Assembly (NCBI GenBank): GCA_964412685.1
Contig: CAYPPS010000004.1
Span: 1 to 38,650, forward strand
Source of the DNA: an uncultured Gammaproteobacteria bacterium
Lineage (GTDB): Bacteria > Patescibacteriota > Microgenomatia > PFEM01 > CAYPPS01
Length of the DNA stretch: 38,650 nt
Direction: 5' to 3'
In this document: piece by piece, positions 1 to 7,307 of the stretch
How positions within the stretch are numbered: the first letter of the stretch is position 1
How the letters are laid out: each line of letters starts with the position of its first letter
Translations under genes and position numbers: made by a program
Notes under the pieces: generated by a model
The model's input: the letters and a program-made list of their open reading frames with translations, nothing else
The model's database searches: none
What the model was told of the DNA's origin: nothing

Positions 1-8
1 TCATATTT

Positions 9-626
9 TTATCTTAAATAGGAAAGAACTCCTCTAACTACGCCTTCTATTCTACAGTCTTCCTTTGCTGTAAATGGTGCAAACTCTGGATTCAGGGAAA
101 TTAGATTATAAGTAATATTATCTCCTTCTGTAGGAATTTTTTGGACTTTCTTTATAAGCACTTCTCCATTATTGACACAAATCACAATCTTTCCACCATC
201 TATGTCTACTGCTTTTTTAGCTATCACTAAATCGCCAGGGTTAATTTTAGGGATCATAGAAGTTCCCTTAGCTTTAACCACAAACGCATCAACCGCTGAG
301 AACCCTAATACTTTGGAGGAGATTCTAATTTTGTCTATTGGATTACCGTCAAGGATTGAACCTTTTGGACCACATTGTGCCATACCGTAGACATTTAGAT
401 AAACAACATTACTGTCAGGATTGTCTGCTAAGACTTGATAGTCGTGAGAGTTAGAGGGATTTTTTCTCAAAAGACCTTTATCGATCAATTTCGTGAGATG
501 GTGATGGACTACACTTGGAGAAGAGGCCCCTATACGATCCTGCAACTTCCTTATTGTTAGGGGGTCATCAATGTTTGATTTCAGAATTTCTATTAGTTTT
601 TGCTGTGTTGGGTGCATTGTTTGCAT
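9..626 (-). CDS. lexA: LexA-type repressor (winged HTH + S24 self-cleaving peptidase)
   Basis: The ORF runs 9..797, but the likely start is the ATG at 624-626 (MQTMHPTQQKL...). HTH segment: LTIRKLQDRIGASSPSVVHHHLTKLIDKGLL. S24 motifs: AKGTSMIP and GDLVIAKK. A sigma70-like promoter lies immediately upstream. Confidence 0.85.
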   Translation of the reverse strand: MQTMHPTQQKLIEILKSNIDDPLTIRKLQDRIGASSPSVVHHHLTKLIDKGLLRKNPSNSHDYQVLADNPDSNVVYLNVYGMAQCGPKGSILDGNPIDKIRISSKVLGFSAVDAFVVKAKGTSMIPKINPGDLVIAKKAVDIDGGKIVICVNNGEVLIKKVQKIPTEGDNITYNLISLNPEFAPFTAKEDCRIEGVVRGVLSYLR

Positions 627-638
627 GGCAGTATATTT

Positions 639-680
639 ATTATAGAAATTTAAGTTAACTAAGTCAAGAACTACTTGACT
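639..680 (-). promoter_or_regulatory. lexA promoter (-35 TTGACT, 17-bp spacer, -10 TATAAT) with an overlapping inverted repeat, candidate operator
   Basis: On the minus strand the -10 TATAAT is at 639-644 and the -35 TTGACT at 662-667. The inverted repeat AGTCAAG-N5-CTTGACT spans 662-680 and covers the -35. The -10 ends 12 nt before the ATG. Confidence 0.6.
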
Positions 681-869
681 TGTTCTCCAATCTGTTCTAA
701 GAATTGGTATAGTCTTCCCTATGATTGGGAAACAATAATTATAACTATGATTATACACAAAAAGCGTATTCGTAATATTAAGCCGTATATCCGCCATATT
801 AGTAATGGCACTAAAGTAATTGTTGGTATTTTAGATTCCCAAAGATTTTCTTCATGGTAAAATAAGAGC

Positions 870-1706
870 ATGAAAGAAAATTTGGTCAGTGCTGTTGTTC
901 TTGCTAAAAACGAAGAAGAAATTATTGGTCGTTGTTTGAAATCTTTATCTTGGGTTGATGATTTGGTGGTTGTTGACGATAATTCTAGTGATAAAACCGT
1001 TAGTCTTGCCGAGAAATTGAGGGCCAGAGTTTTTTCTCATTCTCTAGAGAATAATTTTTCTCGGCAGAGAAATTTTGGTCTTGAAAAAGCTCGAAATAAG
1101 TGGGTTTTGTTTGTTGACGCCGATGAACAAGTTACCGTTGAGTTAAAAGAAGAGATTTTAAGAGAGATAAAAAAAGATGCTTTCCATGGCTTTTTGATCA
1201 AAAGAAATGATTTTCTTTGGAGGAAAGAAGTAAAATGGGGGGAGTTGAAGAATATTTGGCTGCTTCGTTTGGGCAAAAAAGATAAAGGTACTTGGCAAAG
1301 ACAAGTGCATGAAAGTTGGCTGGTGGAAGGTAAAATAGGCAGGTTGAAGAATCCTCTTCTTCATTACTCTCATTTCAGCTTGGCCGATTTATTGACTAAG
1401 GTTAATTTTTATTCCACTTTGCACGCCAATTGCCTTTTAAAAGAAGGCAAGTCAGGAAATTGTTTGAAAATCCTTTTCTATCCGTCATTGAAATTTGTTA
1501 ATAATTATTTTTTAAAATTAGGGTTTCTTGATGGGACGAGGGGATTGATAATTAACATGATTATGAGCCTGCATTCTTTCCTGGCTCAAGGCAAACTATT
1601 ACATCGGCTGCAAGGCGAAGTCGCAGGCCCGAAGTTTTCGGGACAGCACAGCCACGTAAGACGGAAGCTTCGGCTGACGTCATTTTTATTGACTAGAAAA
1701 AAATGA
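870..1706 (+). CDS. Family 2 glycosyltransferase
   Basis: N-terminal GT2 signature VSAVVLAKNEEEIIGRCLKSLSWVDDLVVVDDNSSDKT, plus FVDADE. The last ~30 codons come from an atypical GC-rich patch. Confidence 0.8.
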   Translation: MKENLVSAVVLAKNEEEIIGRCLKSLSWVDDLVVVDDNSSDKTVSLAEKLRARVFSHSLENNFSRQRNFGLEKARNKWVLFVDADEQVTVELKEEILREIKKDAFHGFLIKRNDFLWRKEVKWGELKNIWLLRLGKKDKGTWQRQVHESWLVEGKIGRLKNPLLHYSHFSLADLLTKVNFYSTLHANCLLKEGKSGNCLKILFYPSLKFVNNYFLKLGFLDGTRGLIINMIMSLHSFLAQGKLLHRLQGEVAGPKFSGQHSHVRRKLRLTSFLLTRKK

Positions 1707-2863
1707 GAGAGAAAATTTTACCTGCTTTTCTTTTTTTAGGTTTAGTTGCTTTTCCTTTTGGTCAGTTGGCCGTTTTGCCCCTACCTTTTGATGGGGCGCG
1801 GCTTTTATGGTTGGATTTATTTGTTTTTAGTTTTACCTTTGTCTTTCTTTTCTTTTCTTTTCTAAGTAAACAGAGGTTAATTAGATCATCTTTATTTTGG
1901 CCTGGCCTAGGGTTTTTAACTATTGCCACTTTGTCTTTATCGGTTAATTTGTCTGGCTTGGAATTTAATTCGAGCTTAATTGCCTTCTTTTATTTGTTGA
2001 GATTAGGAACCTACTTTTTCTTTTACTTAAGCTTGGTTAATCAGAAGCTTTTCAGAAAACAAGCTTTAACTTGTTTTCTGAAAACAATTGGTTTGAGTGT
2101 GGCTCTTTTTGGTTTAGTTCAATATTTTTTTTGGCCCGATCTAATTGCTTTAAAATATTTGAATTGGGATGATCACTATTTTCGATTGATTAGTTTATTT
2201 TTAGACCCTAATTTTACCGGCATCATTTTAATTTTCACTTTTATTCTTTTTCATTTCGATAAGGATAAATGGTTGATGAACAAAAACATTGTTTTGGCAA
2301 TTTTACTTTTGTCTATCAGTTTGACTTACTCGCGGAGTACTTTTTTGAGTTTGTTTGCTGTCGGCTTGGTTGGAGCGATTGCTTTTAAAAAAATTAAGCT
2401 CTTATTGCTAATCACTGGCTTCTTGCTTTTAAGCATTTCTTTTTTACCTCGTTCCCCCGGAGGAGAAGGAGTGAAATTAGGGCGGACTCATAGTATTAAT
2501 GCTCGAATTGAAACAACCAAAGAAGCGATAGAAATTTTCAAAAAGAAACCCTTTCTGGGAATTGGTTTTAATACCTATCGTTACCGACGTCAAACGGATT
2601 ATTTAAAAGAAGCTTCCAGTCGAGCTGGTGGAGGAACAGATAATAGTTTTCTGTTTGTCTTGGCAACAACAGGAATAGTTGGATTTTTAGGATTCATTTT
2701 TTTGGGAGAGAAAGCACTTTTTTTAAGTTTTAGAGAGAAGGAAAAAATAATTTTTCTATCTCTGGTTGCTCTTGGAATTCATTGTCTTTTTGTGAATTCG
2801 CTTTTTTATCCTTGGGTGATGTTTTGGTTGGCAATCTTGTTCAGTACTAGGAAGAATAGTTGA
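1703..2863 (+). CDS. O-antigen ligase / Wzy-like polytopic membrane protein
   Basis: About 10 hydrophobic helices. Has the SLTYSRSTFLSL motif typical of the O-antigen ligase family and a periplasmic loop. A 4-nt overlap with the GT2 gene indicates an operon. Confidence 0.65.
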   Translation: MREKILPAFLFLGLVAFPFGQLAVLPLPFDGARLLWLDLFVFSFTFVFLFFSFLSKQRLIRSSLFWPGLGFLTIATLSLSVNLSGLEFNSSLIAFFYLLRLGTYFFFYLSLVNQKLFRKQALTCFLKTIGLSVALFGLVQYFFWPDLIALKYLNWDDHYFRLISLFLDPNFTGIILIFTFILFHFDKDKWLMNKNIVLAILLLSISLTYSRSTFLSLFAVGLVGAIAFKKIKLLLLITGFLLLSISFLPRSPGGEGVKLGRTHSINARIETTKEAIEIFKKKPFLGIGFNTYRYRRQTDYLKEASSRAGGGTDNSFLFVLATTGIVGFLGFIFLGEKALFLSFREKEKIIFLSLVALGIHCLFVNSLFYPWVMFWLAILFSTRKNS

Positions 2864-3560
2864 TGGTGATTATTTTTTCGATTTTATTGCCTGCTTTATC
2901 TTCAACCACGAACATGATTTCATTATCACCTTCCTTAAGATTGATGGGGTATTCAAAATTACCTTCTCGATCAATGATAACTAGTCTTTCGTTGATGATT
3001 AAAGTAGCTTCCGTTTCTGTTTTTCCAGTGAGATTAACTTTCTCTTCATGAATGGTAATTCTTTCTTCCTCCGGAAAAGTTAATTCTAATTCAGGAGGTT
3101 CATCATCAAGAACAATTTTCAAAGAATCGGATTGAGAGCTTTCGTTTCCAGCCTGATCTTTGGCAATCGCTTCGATTTGATTGTTGCCTTCGGTAAGATT
3201 AATTTCGGTTTTGAATAGGCCTTCGTTATCAGCGACAATTTCTTTTTCTAGGGTTCCGTTTAGATCAATAAAAACAGAAGAACTTGGTTCAGCATAGCCG
3301 ACTAGGATAATTTGGCTACTACTAGTAGCTTCCAAGCTGGTGGTGAAAATAGGTGGCGGTGGGGGAACGGTGTCTCGAGATTCAACCGGCAAAGAACTGG
3401 AACGAACGTCTCCGAGGAAGACAGCCAATCTAATTAATAAAGGAATACCGAAAAGAACTACTCCCAAAGCAAGAACAAACGTAAGCAAACCATAAAAAAA
3501 GGCTAACTTAAGATTATGTGATTCTTGTTTGCGGTCTAACCTGGAAAACTTTCGTTTCAT
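2847..3560 (-). CDS. Membrane-anchored surface protein with bacterial Ig-like repeats
   Basis: N-terminal TM helix, PPPPP linker, then two beta-rich repeats (NLTEGNNQIEAIAKDQAGNES / NLKEGDNEIMFVVEDKAGN). Confidence 0.55.
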   Translation of the reverse strand: MKRKFSRLDRKQESHNLKLAFFYGLLTFVLALGVVLFGIPLLIRLAVFLGDVRSSSLPVESRDTVPPPPPIFTTSLEATSSSQIILVGYAEPSSSVFIDLNGTLEKEIVADNEGLFKTEINLTEGNNQIEAIAKDQAGNESSQSDSLKIVLDDEPPELELTFPEEERITIHEEKVNLTGKTETEATLIINERLVIIDREGNFEYPINLKEGDNEIMFVVEDKAGNKIEKIITINYSS

Positions 3561-3595
3561 AAACTGGTCTTTCCTATTTTATTAGGATGAAGCTT

Positions 3596-3627
3596 TAAAA
3601 ACAAGCTTCACTTGGTAGTGAGCTTGT
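3596..3627 (-). terminator. Rho-independent terminator after tRNA-Thr copy 1
   Basis: Minus strand reads ACAAGCTCAC-taccaa-GTGAAGCTTGT (one bulge) followed by TTTTT. Confidence 0.6.
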
Positions 3628-3635
3628 TGAGTCAG

Positions 3636-3707
3636 AGCCGAAGGTGGGAGTCGAACCCACGACCGATGGTTTACGATACCATTGCTCTACCACTGAGCTA
3701 CCTCGGC
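3636..3707 (-). tRNA. tRNA-Thr (anticodon CGU), copy 1
   Basis: Reverse complement: GCCGAGGTAGCTCAGTGGTAGAGCAATGGTATCGTAAACCATCGGTCGTGGGTTCGACTCCCACCTTCGGCT. It folds as a 72-nt cloverleaf with anticodon loop AUCGUAA. No CCA is encoded. Confidence 0.9.
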
Positions 3708-3925
3708 AAATCAGAGCGGGTAACGATAGACTGCTCGAACCTATTTGGCCTGGACAACTATATCAAAGAGTATCTTGAAACTCATCCAGAGTTGCCAATT
3801 GGCACCCAGCTAAAAATTATTTTACGAGAGCTTCTCACCTGCGACATTATTGTACAACTTAAAGAGTTTATGAACCATATAGGTATTATCAGTTTTAGTA
3901 AACCATTAATTAAAAGACTGCCAAA

Positions 3926-4945
3926 TTAATCAACTTTTCTAACCTTATAAACTCCCGCCTTCTTCCCAGAGACTAAAGTTCCATATTCTTCTTCTAGTTT
4001 TAACTGGCTTTTATAGTTCCCAACCAGTTCCTTAAAGAGCTCTTTTTGTGCTGTGAGAATCACCATCACTCCTCCTGATCTCAGAACACGAGTGAACTGC
4101 TTAAGCATCAGACCATAAAACTTTGGAATATCTTTATCTGTGTCGTATAGTCCCCACGGTGGGTCAGTCACAATCTTGTCAACTGAGCTGTTTGGAACGG
4201 TGCTTAAAGTAAGAGCGTCTATGGGATCTACAATAACTTTTTTACCAAACTTTCTTTCAAGTTCTTTTTGTAATTTTCTCTCTATCTCACCAGCTCTAAT
4301 TTGCTTATGAGGAAAATTTAATCGTTGAGCCGGAATAGCTCCATGTCCTGCGAAAGGATCAAAGAACACATCTACTTTATTTGGCTCTGAAATCAAACAG
4401 AAAATATATGCTAGTTCCGGATAAAGCTCGCCTTTAGCCAGTGTTTTTTCGTAGTTTGGTCTTTTGCTAAATTGAATCCCTACAAGGCCAAACCCCTCAC
4501 TTCTGATGGAAATTAAAACTTCAATATCGGGCAAGCTACGATCTACTCTCAAATTAGGTACAAAAGAGACAATTTTCTCTTCGAGGTTCCTCAGTAAGTT
4601 TTTGTCGATAGATACAAATTGATTTTTTACTGTGGCTCGAATCCTGAATTTCAGCTTTTTAGCTGAATAATGCTTCCTGATTACCTTTTCTAAGTTGGGG
4701 TCTTTAATCAAAGCCTTAACAATATCCCTAATTGGGTTAGTGGGCAAATGATCGAACCTTCTTAGTAATATAAAGCTATTGTTTAGAAATTTAAGGCCTC
4801 TAATGTTATTTAGATTGGAGTTAGTTTTATAAATAACTAACCCATCAGTTAATAGTTCAATTTGAACATCATTGATTGAGTCTATCAGAGCTTTTTTGAT
4901 AACCTGATCAAAACCCGTGATAAACGTTGAAAAATACAAATTCAT
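3926..4945 (-). CDS. THUMP-like domain SAM-dependent methyltransferase (probable RNA methyltransferase)
   Basis: Motif I: FDPFAGHGAIPAQR. Motif IV: VTDPPWGLY. The ~170-aa N-terminal domain resembles the THUMP/ferredoxin-like modules of the RlmL/Trm14 type. Confidence 0.65.
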   Translation of the reverse strand: MNLYFSTFITGFDQVIKKALIDSINDVQIELLTDGLVIYKTNSNLNNIRGLKFLNNSFILLRRFDHLPTNPIRDIVKALIKDPNLEKVIRKHYSAKKLKFRIRATVKNQFVSIDKNLLRNLEEKIVSFVPNLRVDRSLPDIEVLISIRSEGFGLVGIQFSKRPNYEKTLAKGELYPELAYIFCLISEPNKVDVFFDPFAGHGAIPAQRLNFPHKQIRAGEIERKLQKELERKFGKKVIVDPIDALTLSTVPNSSVDKIVTDPPWGLYDTDKDIPKFYGLMLKQFTRVLRSGGVMVILTAQKELFKELVGNYKSQLKLEEEYGTLVSGKKAGVYKVRKVD

Positions 4946-4953
4946 ATACTCGC

Positions 4954-4962
4954 ATTATACCA
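4954..4962 (-). promoter_or_regulatory. Extended -10 promoter (TGGTATAAT) for the methyltransferase gene
   Basis: Minus strand reads TGGTATAATgcgagtatATG. The -10 ends 8 nt before the start codon and there is no SD. Confidence 0.5.
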
Positions 4963-5012
4963 ATAATCCAGGCTAAATTGTGCTAGAATTGGCCTACCGA
5001 ATGGCCCTTGTG

Positions 5013-5074
5013 GTGAAGGTGTCTTACTTTTAAAGAACTGGTGGCACGCAAGTGACCTATCTTAGCTACAGGGA
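5013..5074 (+). repeat. Copy A of a conserved hairpin element (candidate structured RNA)
   Basis: GTGAAGGT..GTCTTACTTTTAAAGAACTGGTGGCACGCAAGTGACC..TTAGCTACAGGGA aligns with 7099-7209. Hairpin: GGT-GG-CAC-GCAA-GTG-ACC at 5040-5057. A possible plus-strand extended -10, TGCTAGAAT, lies at 4981-4989. Confidence 0.55.
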
Positions 5075-5091
5075 TGTCTTAAGAGGTGTAA

Positions 5092-5574
5092 TTAAAAACT
5101 AATACAACTGACGCCTGCTATTGAATTAAAGTTGGAGTCATTAGTTACAATGTGTTTTATCTGCTGATCTTGTAGATATGCTAGATGAAAGGCATCTCGA
5201 GGCTTTAGATCATAAGATTCAATATTGTCAACAGCTTTTGAACATGAAGCGGCACCACCATTAGTAAATTGTGTGACTCTGAATGAATGATTGTTCAGTA
5301 GAACTGATATTGCTGTTTTTAACTCATTTATGTAATCCTTGTGAGATTTATTAGGCAATAGACCGTTTATTCTTTCTTGATCTCTTAAAGTTTTGTAAAT
5401 AGCATGTAACATTTCGTCCACAGACAAAGGTGAGAAAACCATAGTAGTTTTAGCAACTAAGATTTTAGCAAATAGCTTTTGCGCTTTTTTGGCATCTGTG
5501 TGAGGCCCAAGTAAGTAGGCTGTTAAAAAATTAGCATCCAAATATACTTCTGAAGATTTTGGGACTTTGTTCAT
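5092..5574 (-). CDS. PIN-domain ribonuclease (VapC-like)
   Basis: The four acidic PIN positions are visible: YLDANF, SVDEM, PRDAFHLA and VTNDSNF. Its start overlaps the upstream gene's stop as ATGA. Confidence 0.75.
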   Translation of the reverse strand: MNKVPKSSEVYLDANFLTAYLLGPHTDAKKAQKLFAKILVAKTTMVFSPLSVDEMLHAIYKTLRDQERINGLLPNKSHKDYINELKTAISVLLNNHSFRVTQFTNGGAASCSKAVDNIESYDLKPRDAFHLAYLQDQQIKHIVTNDSNFNSIAGVSCISF

Positions 5575-5990
5575 GATTCATGAGATTCTATGTAGCTATA
5601 CACAGAGTTGATATCGATCTTGTTTGCAAATTCTAAACTACCAGCGGTTCGCGCCATAAGCATTTTTTGCTTATCATCTAATTTCCTAAAAAGAATTATT
5701 CCAATGTTTTCAAACAAGCTGAGAATTTTACTAACAAGATTGTTATCGTGGTAATAATAAGTTTCTCCAAACACTTGATCTGAGAGAACAGGTTGTCTTT
5801 GATAGAGAAATGTCTTTAGAAGATTATTTGTAGTAATCATATTGGGTTCATTAGATTTGTATAAGTTTGCTAGAGGCAAGGTGACCATTACCCGACTATC
5901 TATGGTCCCGCTATTCTCCAGCATAAATTGGCCCATCATCTCTGGAAATAATTCCGAATTGCTTGTGCTGTATGAAACGAGATTTTGCAT
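5571..5990 (-). CDS. Hypothetical protein, middle gene of the PIN cassette (antitoxin position, no recognisable fold)
   Basis: The ORF extends to 6071. The ATG at 5988-5990 sits 1 nt after the upstream stop (5992-5994), giving 139 aa. No motif was recognised. Confidence 0.5.
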   Translation of the reverse strand: MQNLVSYSTSNSELFPEMMGQFMLENSGTIDSRVMVTLPLANLYKSNEPNMITTNNLLKTFLYQRQPVLSDQVFGETYYYHDNNLVSKILSLFENIGIILFRKLDDKQKMLMARTAGSLEFANKIDINSVYSYIESHES

Positions 5991-5991
5991 A

Positions 5992-6675
5992 TTATTTGAA
6001 TAATTCTTTTGAATAACTCTCCAAATATTTAGTGCTTTCTTCCAGGTATTTAACGATATTTTTGCTATCAAGCTTGTGTATTTCTTTTGGCAAAGTATTT
6101 ATATCAAACATAAGGGCTATTTTTTTGGGATCTACATCACCATCCTGCTTTTTGTCAGGGTTTATGCGAAACCAAATATTAGAAGTTTTTTCATTAATTA
6201 CGTCTTTTCTCAAGAGCCCAAAATTAATATCCTTCCAACTTTTTCCTTTTTTAAAATCTCCAAAGTATTTTGTTGATATAAATTCTACTGAGTCATTAAC
6301 TGTGGATTTTAGGTTAAAAACATATCCTATCCTATGAGCCACTAAAGGACTGACCTTATAAAGGGTATCTAGAAGAGATTTATAAATCTTAATTACTTCA
6401 TTAGAAGAATTTGTAAACTTATCATTCGCCTTAGGATTGATAAAGAAATCAATCTTGTTTAATGAAATATTCAAGCTTGCTTGGTTGGTTTTGTTTCGAA
6501 GTATGATTCTTGGTATTTCTGCAGGCGCATCATTTGGAATTGGTAGAACTATTGATTCCCCATCAAAAAGATCCCCCGTTCCTTCTTTCATTTTTTGCGC
6601 AAGAGCCAGCTTATCGGATAAATCAATCCCAGGTGAAAACAATGCAACCTGAATGTTTGTTATTTGGAAATTCAT
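5992..6675 (-). CDS. Hypothetical protein, first gene of the PIN cassette
   Basis: 227-aa intact ORF with a promoter-like -10 upstream. No motif was recognised. Confidence 0.55.
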   Translation of the reverse strand: MNFQITNIQVALFSPGIDLSDKLALAQKMKEGTGDLFDGESIVLPIPNDAPAEIPRIILRNKTNQASLNISLNKIDFFINPKANDKFTNSSNEVIKIYKSLLDTLYKVSPLVAHRIGYVFNLKSTVNDSVEFISTKYFGDFKKGKSWKDINFGLLRKDVINEKTSNIWFRINPDKKQDGDVDPKKIALMFDINTLPKEIHKLDSKNIVKYLEESTKYLESYSKELFK

Positions 6676-6686
6676 AAGTATACTGT

Positions 6687-6692
6687 ATTATA
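6687..6692 (-). promoter_or_regulatory. -10 box (TATAAT) of the PIN cassette
   Basis: Minus strand reads cctgtTATAATacagtatacttATG. The -10 ends 11 nt before the ATG at 6675. Confidence 0.45.
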
Positions 6693-6763
6693 ACAGGTCT
6701 CATCTTTCTAGTCGAAAGGTTCGAACCCCGTTACCGGTATGTTTCACTTCCAGCCTAACGTCT

Positions 6764-6808
6764 AAAAAACAATTAACCTGGCTCGTACTAGGTTAATTGT
6801 TGATTTTT
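6764..6808 (-). terminator. Bidirectional hairpin terminator downstream of tRNA-Thr copy 2
   Basis: Perfect 12-bp stem AACAATTAACCT / AGGTTAATTGTT (6768-6801) with a 10-nt loop. An A-run lies on one side and a T-run on the other. Confidence 0.65.
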
Positions 6809-6848
6809 AGGCTAACTTTGAAGATTTTTGGAAATCATTCCCTTTATG

Positions 6849-6920
6849 AGCCGAAGGTGGGAGTCGAACCCACGACCGATGGTTTACGATACCATTGCTC
6901 TACCACTGAGCTACCTCGGC
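6849..6920 (-). tRNA. tRNA-Thr (anticodon CGU), copy 2
   Basis: Identical in sequence to 3636-3707. The adjacent 5' leader is similar but diverged. Confidence 0.9.
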
Positions 6921-7098
6921 AAATCAGAGCTGGTCACCGTACTTGGCTCGAACCTAAGACGGCTTATTCCCGATAAGCTAATTTTACAACTTGAGGCACT
7001 AAAAAGCCATTTAGGAATCCAAAGTTTTGTTAAATCTTATATTAAAAAACCTCCAGAAACCGCAACTAAAAAAGAGTAGAAGTTCAGTTAATTGCGGA

Positions 7099-7209
7099 GT
7101 GAAGGTATCCTCCTACGCTAAAGCTTTGGCGAAACAAGTCTTACTTTTAGAGAACTGATGGCACATTAGTGATCCATCCCTGTCTGCGCAGGCAGGTTAG
7201 CCACAGGGA
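7099..7209 (+). repeat. Copy B of the conserved hairpin element (candidate structured RNA)
   Basis: Same blocks as copy A plus two insertions (7107-7137 and 7178-7196). Hairpin: GAT-GG-CAC-ATTA-GTG-ATC at 7157-7174. The outer pair differs from copy A in a compensatory way. Confidence 0.55.
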
Positions 7210-7259
7210 CCGCCTTTCAGGGTTATATGAAAAAGAAGCGGATTTGGATTGGTTTTTAG

Positions 7260-7288
7260 TTGACAGTGATATTTCTGATGTCTATACT
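7260..7288 (+). promoter_or_regulatory. Sigma70-type promoter of the defence island (-35 TTGACA, 17 bp, -10 TATACT)
   Basis: TTGACA at 7260-7265 and TATACT at 7283-7288, 19 nt upstream of the ATG at 7308. Confidence 0.65.
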
Positions 7289-7307
7289 CATGACAGGATA
7301 ATTAACT

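Noticed and set aside
3708-3790. A second tRNA upstream of each tRNA-Thr, suggested by the CTCGAACC (GGTTCGAG) motif.
   Set aside because: The stems are not conserved between the two copies and no cloverleaf fits. I treat it as homologous leader sequence.
3612-3929. Track ORFs 3612..3929 (+) and 6828..7079 (+) share the peptide RRWESNPRPMVYDTIALPLSYLGKSE.
   Set aside because: The shared peptide is only the antisense translation of the duplicated tRNA-Thr gene and its leader. There is no start context or protein-like composition.
6727-6747. GGTTCGAACCCCGTTACC looks like a tRNA T-arm or an inverted partial copy of the tRNA-Thr leader motif.
   Set aside because: No complementary T-stem, acceptor or anticodon arm can be drawn. 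The similarity to the leader (GGTTCGAGC..CGTTACC) is short and could be chance.
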